This document shows, one piece after another, positions 28,001-33,743 of a stretch of DNA of 33,743 nucleotides. The position numbers and the translations under genes were made by a program. The notes under the pieces are model-generated. The model ran no database searches, was not told the DNA's origin, and was given only the letters and a program-made list of their open reading frames with translations. This DNA comes from an uncultured Planctomycetia bacterium. GTDB lineage: Bacteria > Omnitrophota > Gorgyraeia > Taenaricolales > CAZCCH01. Every line of letters starts with the position of its first letter. Position 1 is the stretch's first letter. The stretch lies in NCBI GenBank assembly GCA_964497315.1, contig CAZCCH010000015.1:1-33743 (forward strand), written 5' to 3'.

Positions 28001-29113
28001 AAAATGGTCCACGAAGGATGGCATGCATATAATGAAATCCTCAAGAAGGCCAGTGGTGCAGCGGAGGCTATACGGCATGCACAAGATGAGATGCTTGCTA
28101 ATATAACCGAATGGGTTGAAAATCCCCAAAATCGCGATTCCATTAAAAGATATTTTAGCATTTGGGTAAATGAAGAGGAAATTGCCAATAGCTTGGAAAG
28201 AGCAGTTTTTGTTAGAGAAATAGGCGGTTCAGACAATGAGGCTATCGAAAGATTTGTGCAAAAAGCTATACAGCAAAATCCCAGGGCTCAGGCAGATACG
28301 GGCTCAGGCAGCAAAGAGAGAAAAGAGGCCTATGCGAGACATCTGAGAAGGTATGTAAGAGATCGAATACTGAGATATTATCGAATTCCCTCGTTACATG
28401 GTAGATTGCGATATATACTTAGTAGCTATTATTCACATGTAAAACCTGCTGTGTACATCGGGTTATTTCTAACAGAATTTTATGAAGGACGAGCTGATCA
28501 TCGAACTAGGACAACGAGCCCAGGCAGAAAGTTCTTCATAGGGCCAGATAGAATCGAACTAAATATAAGATCTCATGGAGCTAGTGGGCAGCAAAGGCTT
28601 ATTCTTACGCCTAAAGAGAATTTTTTAGAATGGGCATCGAACTGGGCAAATTCTGAGGAATATAAAAGATTGTTTGTGAAACCAGAAGGCCTTACGAAAA
28701 TGCGCGGTTCCCGCTTTTCCGAAGCCTCCCAAGCCATATTTGGCAAAATTGAGCAACCCACAGGCATAATAATGAAAGCAGATTTTGCTACTAAAATCTT
28801 TCCAGTTTTGCCAGAGTTAGCAGTCCACTTTGGCCAAAAGGTAACAATTGCTGTAGTGGGCCCTTCACAGCTAAAGGAGAGAATAACCAAAGTAAATGCA
28901 GTCTTGCCACATGATGTATCTATTATACTATGCGATACCATTGATGAAGCAGCCAAGGAGTTGTCTGAGAGAGGTATAGGCCTTATCAGATTACTCACCA
29001 GAAAAACAATAAAAGACCTTCCTTTGGTTCGTGAAACCCTCCTTATTACAGAGAAGACCCTACAGCTAATAGATGAGTTGAGATCCCGCAAAGAAATAGC
29101 TGGTGGGGCATAA
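19034..29113 (+). CDS. Giant secreted multidomain protein (3359 aa)
   Basis: Uninterrupted 10,080-nt ORF. Sec signal peptide (cleavage about ALA-SS). Kinase-like catalytic loop HGDLKIDN (residue 618) plus nucleotide loop SAGHSNLTYNI and IADLD. Internal SRRDFMKAGAFATTVATVFG (residue 1308) and SRRTFLKAAAAGAGVAIGSAVV (residue 2854). HExxH at residues 1677 (HEIRH), 2514 (HEMGH) and 2993 (HEGWH). EVLFHGTS...SIKKHGLHPEHV ART-clan motif at residue 2103. Confidence 0.8.
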   Translation: MKLSNSNIHKIISIALLVTFMMSLIGPELALASSETLRPHVTSRKKPLLKEMIARFTELQRPSVASSAEDFRKDEVRIVREMTEAGQLYFRHEPEKPSAIYYIPFLRYRARLTRCRGVADYTSAVLNEKDRRFSTFKSERDGFERWFRTSQEGFPSAALYDIDVHPQDLNDAIAALIEQKTKEKDNTITVRAFGSGLPALLLPGDPATLLAGDVEIETILKFILSGLRHTRNKAKWTVVVYVYDKKTAYLGQLEKVLLEKLENSPMPFNIVLNLRYGDIADREQYPYMFEEQSDINVCRNITQSGESFSKGDSIFHGQLVNSLSPHGFIIHGARRRGDRIILASDRDALKRLSGDFLDSNSSEDEATSRFSEIGAIGHLEEERKTEDLIAALTAFDIPFIPTESNCEFTRISAGHSNLTYNIKHNGKNRHILQQMSTIYDANALNANLNLLEQAQDAWLKEGAEDEYWQPVHYVNVKGASDKLYCDTAGRIWRLMDYIPGEVFGKFSDVPQSDRREIAQSLGRAIVVFRRMLESVPLESWEKDMSGFHDPQYFYAYLHSIWLGQEVPLNFTDGSSHMVVRDPSVTSEYSERINLLKRKIEDRRHILTSLDELGQVVSHGDLKIDNLFFRKHKGRWKCISIADLDTIQPRNVLTDLGDALRSAGNPAGSEPRAIDDVTIDVDVVTNIINGYLEATAGFYDHTEAERLRPHTIEAFKLLLYGQSMWYLADALTNSAYFNIGAERALYKAEVQMRALEQLEELSLIKDGPFADFVKPDASRFGERTAEERIAALREDLVYYEAAATASSAPDQDFPDDICDVGTGEAHLMNEVHIAADSDERPERIISAYTAGPCRAYVIKGRVNDETRLFLRHRAAVEGILDDLREDIAALERAGMQDREVVFKLDLKTQAGLEVVRLGWVSPEELREKIKEICGPRIYTEEGIFPHEITDVIATQEGVVIYCPYNSNASKIILWPESKEGVFMDAVLPNAEVVEDEAFSAQSRFGEMAVDALKGNIKRAVSVFRDTAIVKSPQLIEEDKNRVWVINNIFEDRFLLDSVVLKDPDPKHEEYFYASREGLDMYEAHFESDYPRVEIAQTVIIDNPKENDLVGTKRASQCLPLLFANIPDNKPNMIGSSHIFTSTDPTFSSLGDKLLDAGYENLIVVIPRPKKLGRTVAPFALRTSQYEEVIANMRAKGITVYEVPYQDVSISAAATADGFAIFIEKFVDPTTKRTKDIEEFVLLEPIKTWQEFSSRFGEVAIIEGNAAPEVLPATENRIELALNMPSERATQTGTACIRPTKERGFADVWSRRDFMKAGAFATTVATVFGSLPKTGVAATPDAIKVKAKELCTQYLKDVCDEKITLGLDNSLGTWREVLKDREEYADLLKPDNNYALLTAFVFDTLFPALEEAASRTRVSAHNASINIELALMNLLDKKDEKVEAFLRHTLARTTDSLVRTRRIQNKVERDRRIGIALQRLESASAYIGPEISDKLVSIVKLHDSLTQLGLEQKEEIERVSMEINSLIIDLNKILIPLGLYCRVSMNVSLGDDKEHIYIKSFKIEKTRLYKATDGKVVKVYIVKGIDNIAITNVFGFRRLETDYAVVILDNIESKARDIEEVLKHGKSDAHKDIESRLTAIGKARLADLRVLLVELAKKEFSGLTRQQIMNKIQVLIETHEIRHVLDRGNFTREERDKKEGSAFMAELILAELITGTATYYSVLKWAEHVFRGGEHDYAARMVFEGLMKKAKEKGYVNASVNLKHVSFRELIKTVETLRRLSKGEIAGLARESYKEIFGFEFIDALPVIQPPGRFTEPKKTATCEIAIRGRMHIIPSDLLAYELSNLYNAVRGKINFTFKKELGDDRVLEMTNPGTITNILSFGLGPGDILEVSVEEDLPRDVQEEALNYIEALFNSYHILQATQLAQMHGAEQARMALGGTPYVDLASAEQYGLEIVRSDLSSSLWPALRRLISMLKRDVEISRFTERGDEIPTSPVDPARFREDSRLIDERARDMLKVLCESRRSQPTNTKARRALVRLEHLVDSRWSYGEQWSEVIDTLREAGLITSDTAGWLGSLDDEVVRRTMFYVTVRYLDIMEHEVLFHGTSLHNIDSIKKHGLHPEHVPPGKEELQRVFGIVGKALGEDRAMEITEGQLSFEYDLSLANFYFAILGPEMLRRAIGDLQEIKKLGFPEIDEADRKFIEYFLEHWNDGYLSSNQPCLLAVPFKTIVQFMDLEQDAYQRDRTRFLKRPHEFFNDVILLYLFPWETWVGEGTLLPFRLPALDKIETAMHEQMAVTFHDVHTYSRPNYDLGDIYVVTGKRDALNLVPLKQVEIDELERTAVVLREVNQECQEKQGEVFNRSFSSQEALDFCAELHSIAREAIAKSNYERTDGLSGARFSEQVEFVEDKLVREPIEDENLTLDQVEQIERDRQQIEAELTRHYGDAEAFFGEGPRDGIRIIATTDEEGELIATSPIYYIAQGVAINETRQEVLLNYLNTTRAGIAEEGSRYTVFHEMGHWANESRGISSIVRELIGPQMEEIAASHIERHPDELGFYLDLYNSKLREGEIPVDRLQELLKGCLVVKGLTLFEDCLVDRQLLELARAGDLEGLDRELIGTRKILLGDKLKQPDLCCLAILRYRLLEEVYSPDDRTKVDIFPDDFNPENFGINAEMMKQIDDDARAMAVAIRGAERMIAKYAPGKIAPPGDLRDLKGRLKSSVGDFMRPLKKYLTIPALISYFKLNHTRVDPTRFTEGTGSLSAEGNLPGDQTLGTSDYSPARFVEGDAIAQWPISIDEALLRSGESARAIAVEPDYVPPYGVLAPGAINISDYLALGMLAASGISSEPQGQDGKLSRRTFLKAAAAGAGVAIGSAVVHKVLKSDDITPRILDDAADERLRNAGKAISAKFMHVYEEYKDKNPAETKLVRALFRKINDHKTEKEIMHHPELKHKKDNVDVLMGIGEPADDNGESPIYLSYSILGQPDEILWAKMVHEGWHAYNEILKKASGAAEAIRHAQDEMLANITEWVENPQNRDSIKRYFSIWVNEEEIANSLERAVFVREIGGSDNEAIERFVQKAIQQNPRAQADTGSGSKERKEAYARHLRRYVRDRILRYYRIPSLHGRLRYILSSYYSHVKPAVYIGLFLTEFYEGRADHRTRTTSPGRKFFIGPDRIELNIRSHGASGQQRLILTPKENFLEWASNWANSEEYKRLFVKPEGLTKMRGSRFSEASQAIFGKIEQPTGIIMKADFATKIFPVLPELAVHFGQKVTIAVVGPSQLKERITKVNAVLPHDVSIILCDTIDEAAKELSERGIGLIRLLTRKTIKDLPLVRETLLITEKTLQLIDELRSRKEIAGGA

Positions 29114-29165
29114 TAAAGACAAAGTAAAATCCCCAAAGAAAAATAATTTATTAAAAGAAAAGCCC

Positions 29166-29194
29166 TTGACAGAAGGGAGTTTCTGGTATATACT
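29166..29194 (+). promoter_or_regulatory. Near-consensus sigma70 promoter for the DUF134 gene
   Basis: TTGACA (29166-29171), 17-nt spacer, TATACT (29189-29194), with upstream TGG. Confidence 0.55.
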
Positions 29195-29254
29195 ATTAAC
29201 GAGCATATGCTCATAATAAATAGGGGGTTTATAGAGAGAGTAGTTGGAGGAGGC

Positions 29255-29554
29255 ATGAAACCCAAAGGAAGACCCAGGAAGATACGGTATATAAAAGGAG
29301 AGCCTAAAATAGCTCAATTTAGCCCTAGAGGAAGGCCTGGAAGGCCGGATGAAGTTGAGCTTACAATAGATCAATATGAGGCTATAAGGCTTGCAGATTT
29401 TAGGAATATGAGCCATAAGCAGGCTGGCAAGATGATGGGAATATCTAGACAAACCTTTGAAAGGATTTTAAAAGAGGCCCGCAAAAGGCTTGCTGAGGGT
29501 GTCATAGTTGGTAAGATTATACGGTTTCAAGGAGGTTGTTTTAAAGTAGGATAG
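29255..29554 (+). CDS. DUF134/UPF0251-family putative DNA-binding protein (sigma-70 region 4-like HTH)
   Basis: MKPKGRPRKIRYIKGEPKIAQFSP...LTIDQYEAIRLADFRNMSHKQAGKMMGISRQTFERILKEARKRLAEG. ATG 29255 preceded by GGAGGAGG SD; the longer ORF from 29207 is rejected. Confidence 0.65.
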   Translation: MKPKGRPRKIRYIKGEPKIAQFSPRGRPGRPDEVELTIDQYEAIRLADFRNMSHKQAGKMMGISRQTFERILKEARKRLAEGVIVGKIIRFQGGCFKVG

Positions 29555-29910
29555 TTTTTAAAAACCCACCAAAATATTACCAAATTTAGCCTAAAAAACC
29601 CCGAACCTATATAAACATATATCAGATACTATTAGATACAGGTGCTTGTGGGGCGTATTCTCCACAAATTCCCAATGTCCTATAATATATCTTATGTAAA
29701 CTACGATATTTAAAAGAAATAAGCCTAACTTGTTATAATTAAAGAAGTTACGTGAATTAGTGGAAAACTTGTGGATAACTGATCTTAACTATGCTGGCGC
29801 CATCATTGGGTATTTGCTTTTATATATAATTAAGCACGAAATAACCTATTACTGGAATCAGATCATACTTGTTTAAATACAGCCAACTCATAAATACATT
29901 AAGAAATCTT

Positions 29911-29938
29911 TTGCTTTTCTGTCAAAATCTAGTATAAT
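29911..29938 (+). promoter_or_regulatory. Putative promoter for dus, possibly leaderless
   Basis: TTGCTT, 16-nt spacer, TATAAT (29933-29938); ATG at 29945 only about 7 nt downstream. Confidence 0.4.
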
Positions 29939-29944
29939 CTATTC

Positions 29945-30952
29945 ATGATAAAAATAGGTTCTCTAACGCTTAAAAGCAGGCTAATTTTAGCCCCTCTCTC
30001 TGGTACATCTGATTTGCCATTTAGAAGGCTTACTAGGGATCATGGCTGTAGATTTGCCTTTTATGAAATGCTAGATTCTTCAGCCCTTGTGCATGCTCAC
30101 AAGCGCACTCTAAAAATGCTTGAAAGTAATTCAAATGACGAACCTATTGGAGCTCAGATTTTAGGTTCAGATCCTGGCCAAATTTTGGATGCATGTCAGG
30201 TAATTTTAGCCAATTCAACCCCCCACTTAATTGATCTAAATTGTGCTTGTCCTGCCAAGAAAATACTACGTAAAAAAGCGGGTGCTTATTTTTTAAGAGA
30301 GCCCAAAAAAGCAGGCAAAATCATCAAAAAATTAGCCTCTCTTCTTCCTATACCTGTCACAGTTAAGGTTAGGCTTGGGCTTGACAAAAACAGTGCCTCA
30401 GAAGGCCTGAAATTGGCTAAGATGGCCCAGGAAAATGGGGCTTCAGCTGTTTTTTTTCATGGGAGAACTGTAGAACAAGGCTATGCTGAAAGAGTTAATT
30501 ATGAGGCTATAAAGGAGACAAAGCAAGCTCTTGAAATACCGGTTTTTGGTAGCGGAGATATCCTAAGTGAAAAACTAGCAAAAGAAATGCTGGATAGGAC
30601 TGGCTGTGATGGCCTGTTGGTAGCCAGGGGAGCCATAGGAAGTCCTTGGATTTTTAGGCAAATTGAAACTTACCTAAGAGACCCAAGTGCCCCTATTTTT
30701 TCACCTTCTTATGAAGAAATTACAGCTATTGCCAGAAAACACCTTGAACTATATATAGACTGGAGGGGTGAAAAAGTAGCCCAAAAATACTACCTCGGCC
30801 ACATTCGAAAAATAGCTATATGGTACTCAAAAGGTCTGCCTTACTCCAAAAGAGCTCGAGAAGCCATATCCAAGGCTAGCAGTTCTAGTGAAGTTATAGA
30901 AGTGTTAGGCAGGTTAAATCGAGATTATGATAAGAGTTGGTTTAAAAAATGA
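29945..30952 (+). CDS. tRNA-dihydrouridine synthase
   Basis: LAPLSGTSDLPFRRL, DLNCACPAKK catalytic Cys region, VTVKVRLG, FFHGRT. Confidence 0.85.
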   Translation: MIKIGSLTLKSRLILAPLSGTSDLPFRRLTRDHGCRFAFYEMLDSSALVHAHKRTLKMLESNSNDEPIGAQILGSDPGQILDACQVILANSTPHLIDLNCACPAKKILRKKAGAYFLREPKKAGKIIKKLASLLPIPVTVKVRLGLDKNSASEGLKLAKMAQENGASAVFFHGRTVEQGYAERVNYEAIKETKQALEIPVFGSGDILSEKLAKEMLDRTGCDGLLVARGAIGSPWIFRQIETYLRDPSAPIFSPSYEEITAIARKHLELYIDWRGEKVAQKYYLGHIRKIAIWYSKGLPYSKRAREAISKASSSSEVIEVLGRLNRDYDKSWFKK

Positions 30953-30989
30953 AATTATAATGAAAAATTGGTGGTTTTTTGGTGGGAAG

Positions 30990-31439
30990 TTATTTCAGCT
31001 TGTATCTTTTTCGATATGCTTCTTCATTAATTAGCTTTTTATGGTCAAATCCTACCTTGTATCTATAAATTAAAGAATAAGCACCAGGGTGGGTTTTATT
31101 AACTATTTGATCAAGTAAGATATGCAGGGATATACCCATTCCGATACCTAACCATAGCCCTCCTTTCTGCAACAAGACTATGGCTATGAGATAACCTAGT
31201 ATAAATTCGTAAGAATGCAATAAAAAGTATATTTTTTTAAGCTTTAAGTTCTGACAGACATAAATGGTTTTTCGAATGTCAAATTTAGGTCCAAAATTCA
31301 TATAGCAGTCTAGTACATGGTCCAAGTCTAAAAAAATACCTCCTAGAAAGGCCCCAATTGTCATGGGGATAGACCTGAACAGGTAAAATAAAACTCCGCT
31401 TAAAACAGCACTTGTTGCTATGTGAGCAGGTAAACGCAC
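30990..31439 (-). CDS. Membrane-bound metal-dependent hydrolase-like protein (YdjM/DUF457-like)
   Basis: 149 aa, 4 TM, His-rich loops (HVLD, HSYE, HILLD). Confidence 0.4.
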   Translation of the reverse strand: MRLPAHIATSAVLSGVLFYLFRSIPMTIGAFLGGIFLDLDHVLDCYMNFGPKFDIRKTIYVCQNLKLKKIYFLLHSYEFILGYLIAIVLLQKGGLWLGIGMGISLHILLDQIVNKTHPGAYSLIYRYKVGFDHKKLINEEAYRKRYKLK

Positions 31440-31463
31440 CTTTACTCCTCTTCTTTTGTGTGA

Positions 31464-31505
31464 AATTATATGGAAAATCCCCCAAATTAAAACTTATATT
31501 CGGGG
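31464..31505 (-). terminator. Intrinsic terminator downstream of csp
   Basis: On the minus strand AAAAAATCCCCC - 18 nt loop - GGGGGATTTT; A-run/stem/U-run architecture. Confidence 0.55.
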
Positions 31506-31528
31506 GATTTTTTAGCTAAAAAAACAAC

Positions 31529-31732
31529 TTATTCTACTTTTTTGACGTTAGTTGCCTGTTCGCCTTTAGGGCCTTGAGTTACCTCAAATTCTACCTTCTG
31601 GCCTTCTTCGAGCGTTTTGTAACCTTCAGCTTCTACAGCTGAAAAGTGTACAAATACGTCCTTACCTTCATCTGTAGTAACGAAGCCATAACCTTTCTGG
31701 TTACTAAACCATTTCACTGTTCCTGTTGCCAC
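31529..31732 (-). CDS. csp: Cold-shock protein, CspA family
   Basis: [19 protein letters not shown]...VHFSAV RNP1/RNP2 motifs; 67 aa. Confidence 0.9.
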   Translation of the reverse strand: MATGTVKWFSNQKGYGFVTTDEGKDVFVHFSAVEAEGYKTLEEGQKVEFEVTQGPKGEQATNVKKVE

Positions 31733-31915
31733 TTGCCTCTCCTCCTTTCCTATGTTTATTTTGGAGAGCTAACTTCGAAGGTATAAAAAAACCGCAATAT
31801 CCTAAAGAAAAATAAGACTTGCGGCTTTATTTTCGTAGTTCTTTATTATATTGTATGTTGCGTTTGTTGCGCATACTACAAAACCCTTAAAAGCTTATTC
31901 TCCAACTGCAAGCTA

Positions 31916-31945
31916 AATATACCATTTTTTTGGCATATTTGTCAA
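31916..31945 (-). promoter_or_regulatory. Putative csp promoter with long 5' UTR
   Basis: Minus-strand TTGACA (31939-31944), then TGgTATATT extended -10 (31916-31924); implies about 175-nt 5' UTR, typical for csp genes. Confidence 0.4.
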
Positions 31946-31955
31946 GGTTTTTTGC

Positions 31956-33743
31956 TTACCAGCTGCTAGTAAATGTCAAGAATGTATCTATGCTATGCTG
32001 GGTGTCAGTTTGCTCATCTTTTGCTGAAAGAGACATGTATTTAGTACCATATTCATCAAGGCGATACCTGCATAAGCCTTCTATGTCGTATCCCCCTGTT
32101 TGGTTATTTAATGCAAGCCTAGAAGATAGCTCTAAAGAATCATCTAGGTTAAAACCAAGCCCTATTTCTTGTTCGCAGACCTGCCAAATGCCTTGATTCT
32201 GCCAGTTTAGATTAGCTAGCCAAAGATTAAATGATTTTTCCCCTATATTATACCTTAGGTCTGTACCATAGCGCATAAGGCTGCGCCCCAAGTCATTTTC
32301 TAGGAATAACTCTGCATTCAACCCCAATATATCAAAATTTGTAAATCCCTTTATATGATTGAAACTAAAAGAATCATTCATGTGTAGTTGACTACCCAAT
32401 CTTAACCATGGCATAACTTCAATAGAGGGTGATACCTCAAAGCCATTATTTACATCTCTAGATAGGTATAAATCCAATTTCCTATCCCATATTTGTCTTT
32501 TGATTTCTGCTTCTATCTTGCTTGCAAAACGCAGTTCCATCATCCTATCAAGAGAGCTTTTGCCTGAGCCAACTAATTTAATCTTATAATCATTCCTGTC
32601 AAGTTCAACAGGTATATATGGATAGAAGTATTGGCTTAGACGCCAACCATAGGTAGGATTATCTATAGTAACGCCGAATTTTCCTCCAGGAATAAATACC
32701 CCATTATCTTCGAGCTCTTCTGTGTAAAGAGCGTTATTAGAAAGGCTTTTGTTTATTCCAATGTCTATATCCTCATCAAGATAATATAAATACGCCAATC
32801 CATCAAAGGAAATGAAATTCCCAGATATACTAAAAAGATCCCTGTGGTACTTTCCATAGATACGATGTGCAGAAGTGCTGGCCCACAAGTGAGTTTGGCT
32901 GTATGAATCTAGGAAAAGAGGCATATCCAATGCCAACTTACCATATTCCTGGCCTATAACTCCATCCTGGTATTCTCCTTGATAGCTTGCCTCAGGTGTG
33001 AAGTAGACCCCAGGGCCTTCCATTCCCTCTTCTCCTCCACTTCCCTCTATGGAATCGCCTAATTCTTGCACCAGTTGCCTTTCAGCAGCTTGCATATAGG
33101 AATCTACCCCTTCGTACCTTAAGGCATCAAAGAATTCCCACAGCCTCCCCTGAGGAGTGTCTGCATCAATTATGTCAATACAGTCATAAGATGAAAGGTT
33201 TATCTCTTTTAGATCAATAGCAAGCGAATGTATAACATCATCCCATTCAGGATTTCCAGTAGTTAGATATTTTTCCAATTCGCGCGGGTTTATCCTTACT
33301 TCTTTTAAGCTAGCATGAATGGTCTGATTTCGAACATCTTTACCTATACGCCTTGTCTCATAATTACTGAATACCTCTTCTAAGGTATCTGCAATTTCAT
33401 CTTCTGGGTATGTTTCTACCTCTATTATATAAACATCGTTATACAAACCACCTACATTTGTATATTTGTTAAAATCTACTCTCGCGCCAGTAACATCAAG
33501 CAACACGTCATTAAACCTGAATCTACCATCTCTCAAGGTATCTTCGCCTTTTGCCCAGGCTACGTTAGTTTCTATTGCACCATCTTCAGATATACTATGC
33601 CATTGCCCTCCATCTTCTTCAAGGTTCAATTCAAATATATTACCATTATAATCGGCCCTAAGTAGTTTTTCCAGCTCATCGTATTCAGCAGGTAATGTCA
33701 ATTAAATTGTGTAAATTCCTTTAAGGGTTTATCCTCCCACTTG
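31956..33743 (-). CDS. Hypothetical protein, acidic N-terminal region plus probable C-terminal outer-membrane beta-barrel; 5'-partial (runs off window)
   Basis: Reading frame is open to the window edge; the listed start is a TTG with no signal peptide. C-terminus FLTFTSSW with alternating beta-strand pattern. Confidence 0.5.

Noticed and set aside
19034-29113. Idea that the giant ORF is three adjacent Tat-secreted genes mis-merged
   Set aside because: One continuous frame with no stop codons over 10 kb, and no in-frame start near the first RR motif. Kept as a single CDS, while flagging a possible internal initiation at TTG 27590.
29207-29554. Longer 115-aa version of the DUF134 ORF starting at 29207
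   Set aside because: That start lies inside the -10 region of its own promoter. ATG 29255 has a canonical SD and matches the family N-terminus (MKPKGRPRK).
29770-29778. Perfect DnaA-box sequence TGTGGATAA
   Set aside because: Only a single copy with no cluster of boxes or adjacent dnaA/dnaN; not evidence of an origin.
1-33743. Search for tRNA/rRNA genes, IS elements or integrase/att sites flanking the giant gene
   Set aside because: No T-loop (GGTTCGA-like) or anticodon-arm patterns in intergenic regions, no transposase or integrase ORFs and no terminal inverted repeats were seen. The island hypothesis rests only on composition.

Overview
This 33.7 kb window comes from a low-GC (roughly high-30s %), apparently diderm bacterium. 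It is gene-dense and almost entirely coded on the plus strand, with about 31 kb of co-directional genes, many with 1-4 nt start/stop overlaps; only the last three genes are on the minus strand. Most of the window is ordinary housekeeping and accessory content: dtd, inositol monophosphatase, endonuclease III, DJ-1/PfpI, HAD hydrolase, M48 peptidase, an SPFH protein, flavodoxin, sirtuin CobB, YjbQ, a Fic protein, alpha-acetolactate decarboxylase, a tRNA-dihydrouridine synthase and a CspA-family cold-shock protein. The standout locus is a single uninterrupted 10,080-nt ORF (19034..29113) encoding a 3359-aa secreted multidomain protein. It has an N-terminal Sec signal peptide, a kinase-like (APH/CotS-type) domain, two internal twin-arginine (Tat-signal-like) hydrophobic segments, three HExxH zincin motifs and an H-G-T motif of the ADP-ribosyltransferase clan. 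A structured leader precedes it, with sequence resemblance to a c-di-GMP-I (GEMM) riboswitch, an intrinsic terminator and a possible anti-terminator pairing. A DUF134 putative DNA-binding protein with a near-consensus sigma70 promoter follows it. Other items worth a look are a PlpD-like type Vd patatin autotransporter in an operon with a small cupin, a translationally coupled endonuclease III plus stand-alone LigD 3'-phosphoesterase domain pair, an orphan Cas4-like iron-sulfur nuclease, and a triple GGACATATG operator-like repeat in the Fic promoter. No rRNA or tRNA genes, CRISPR arrays or transposases were recognised.
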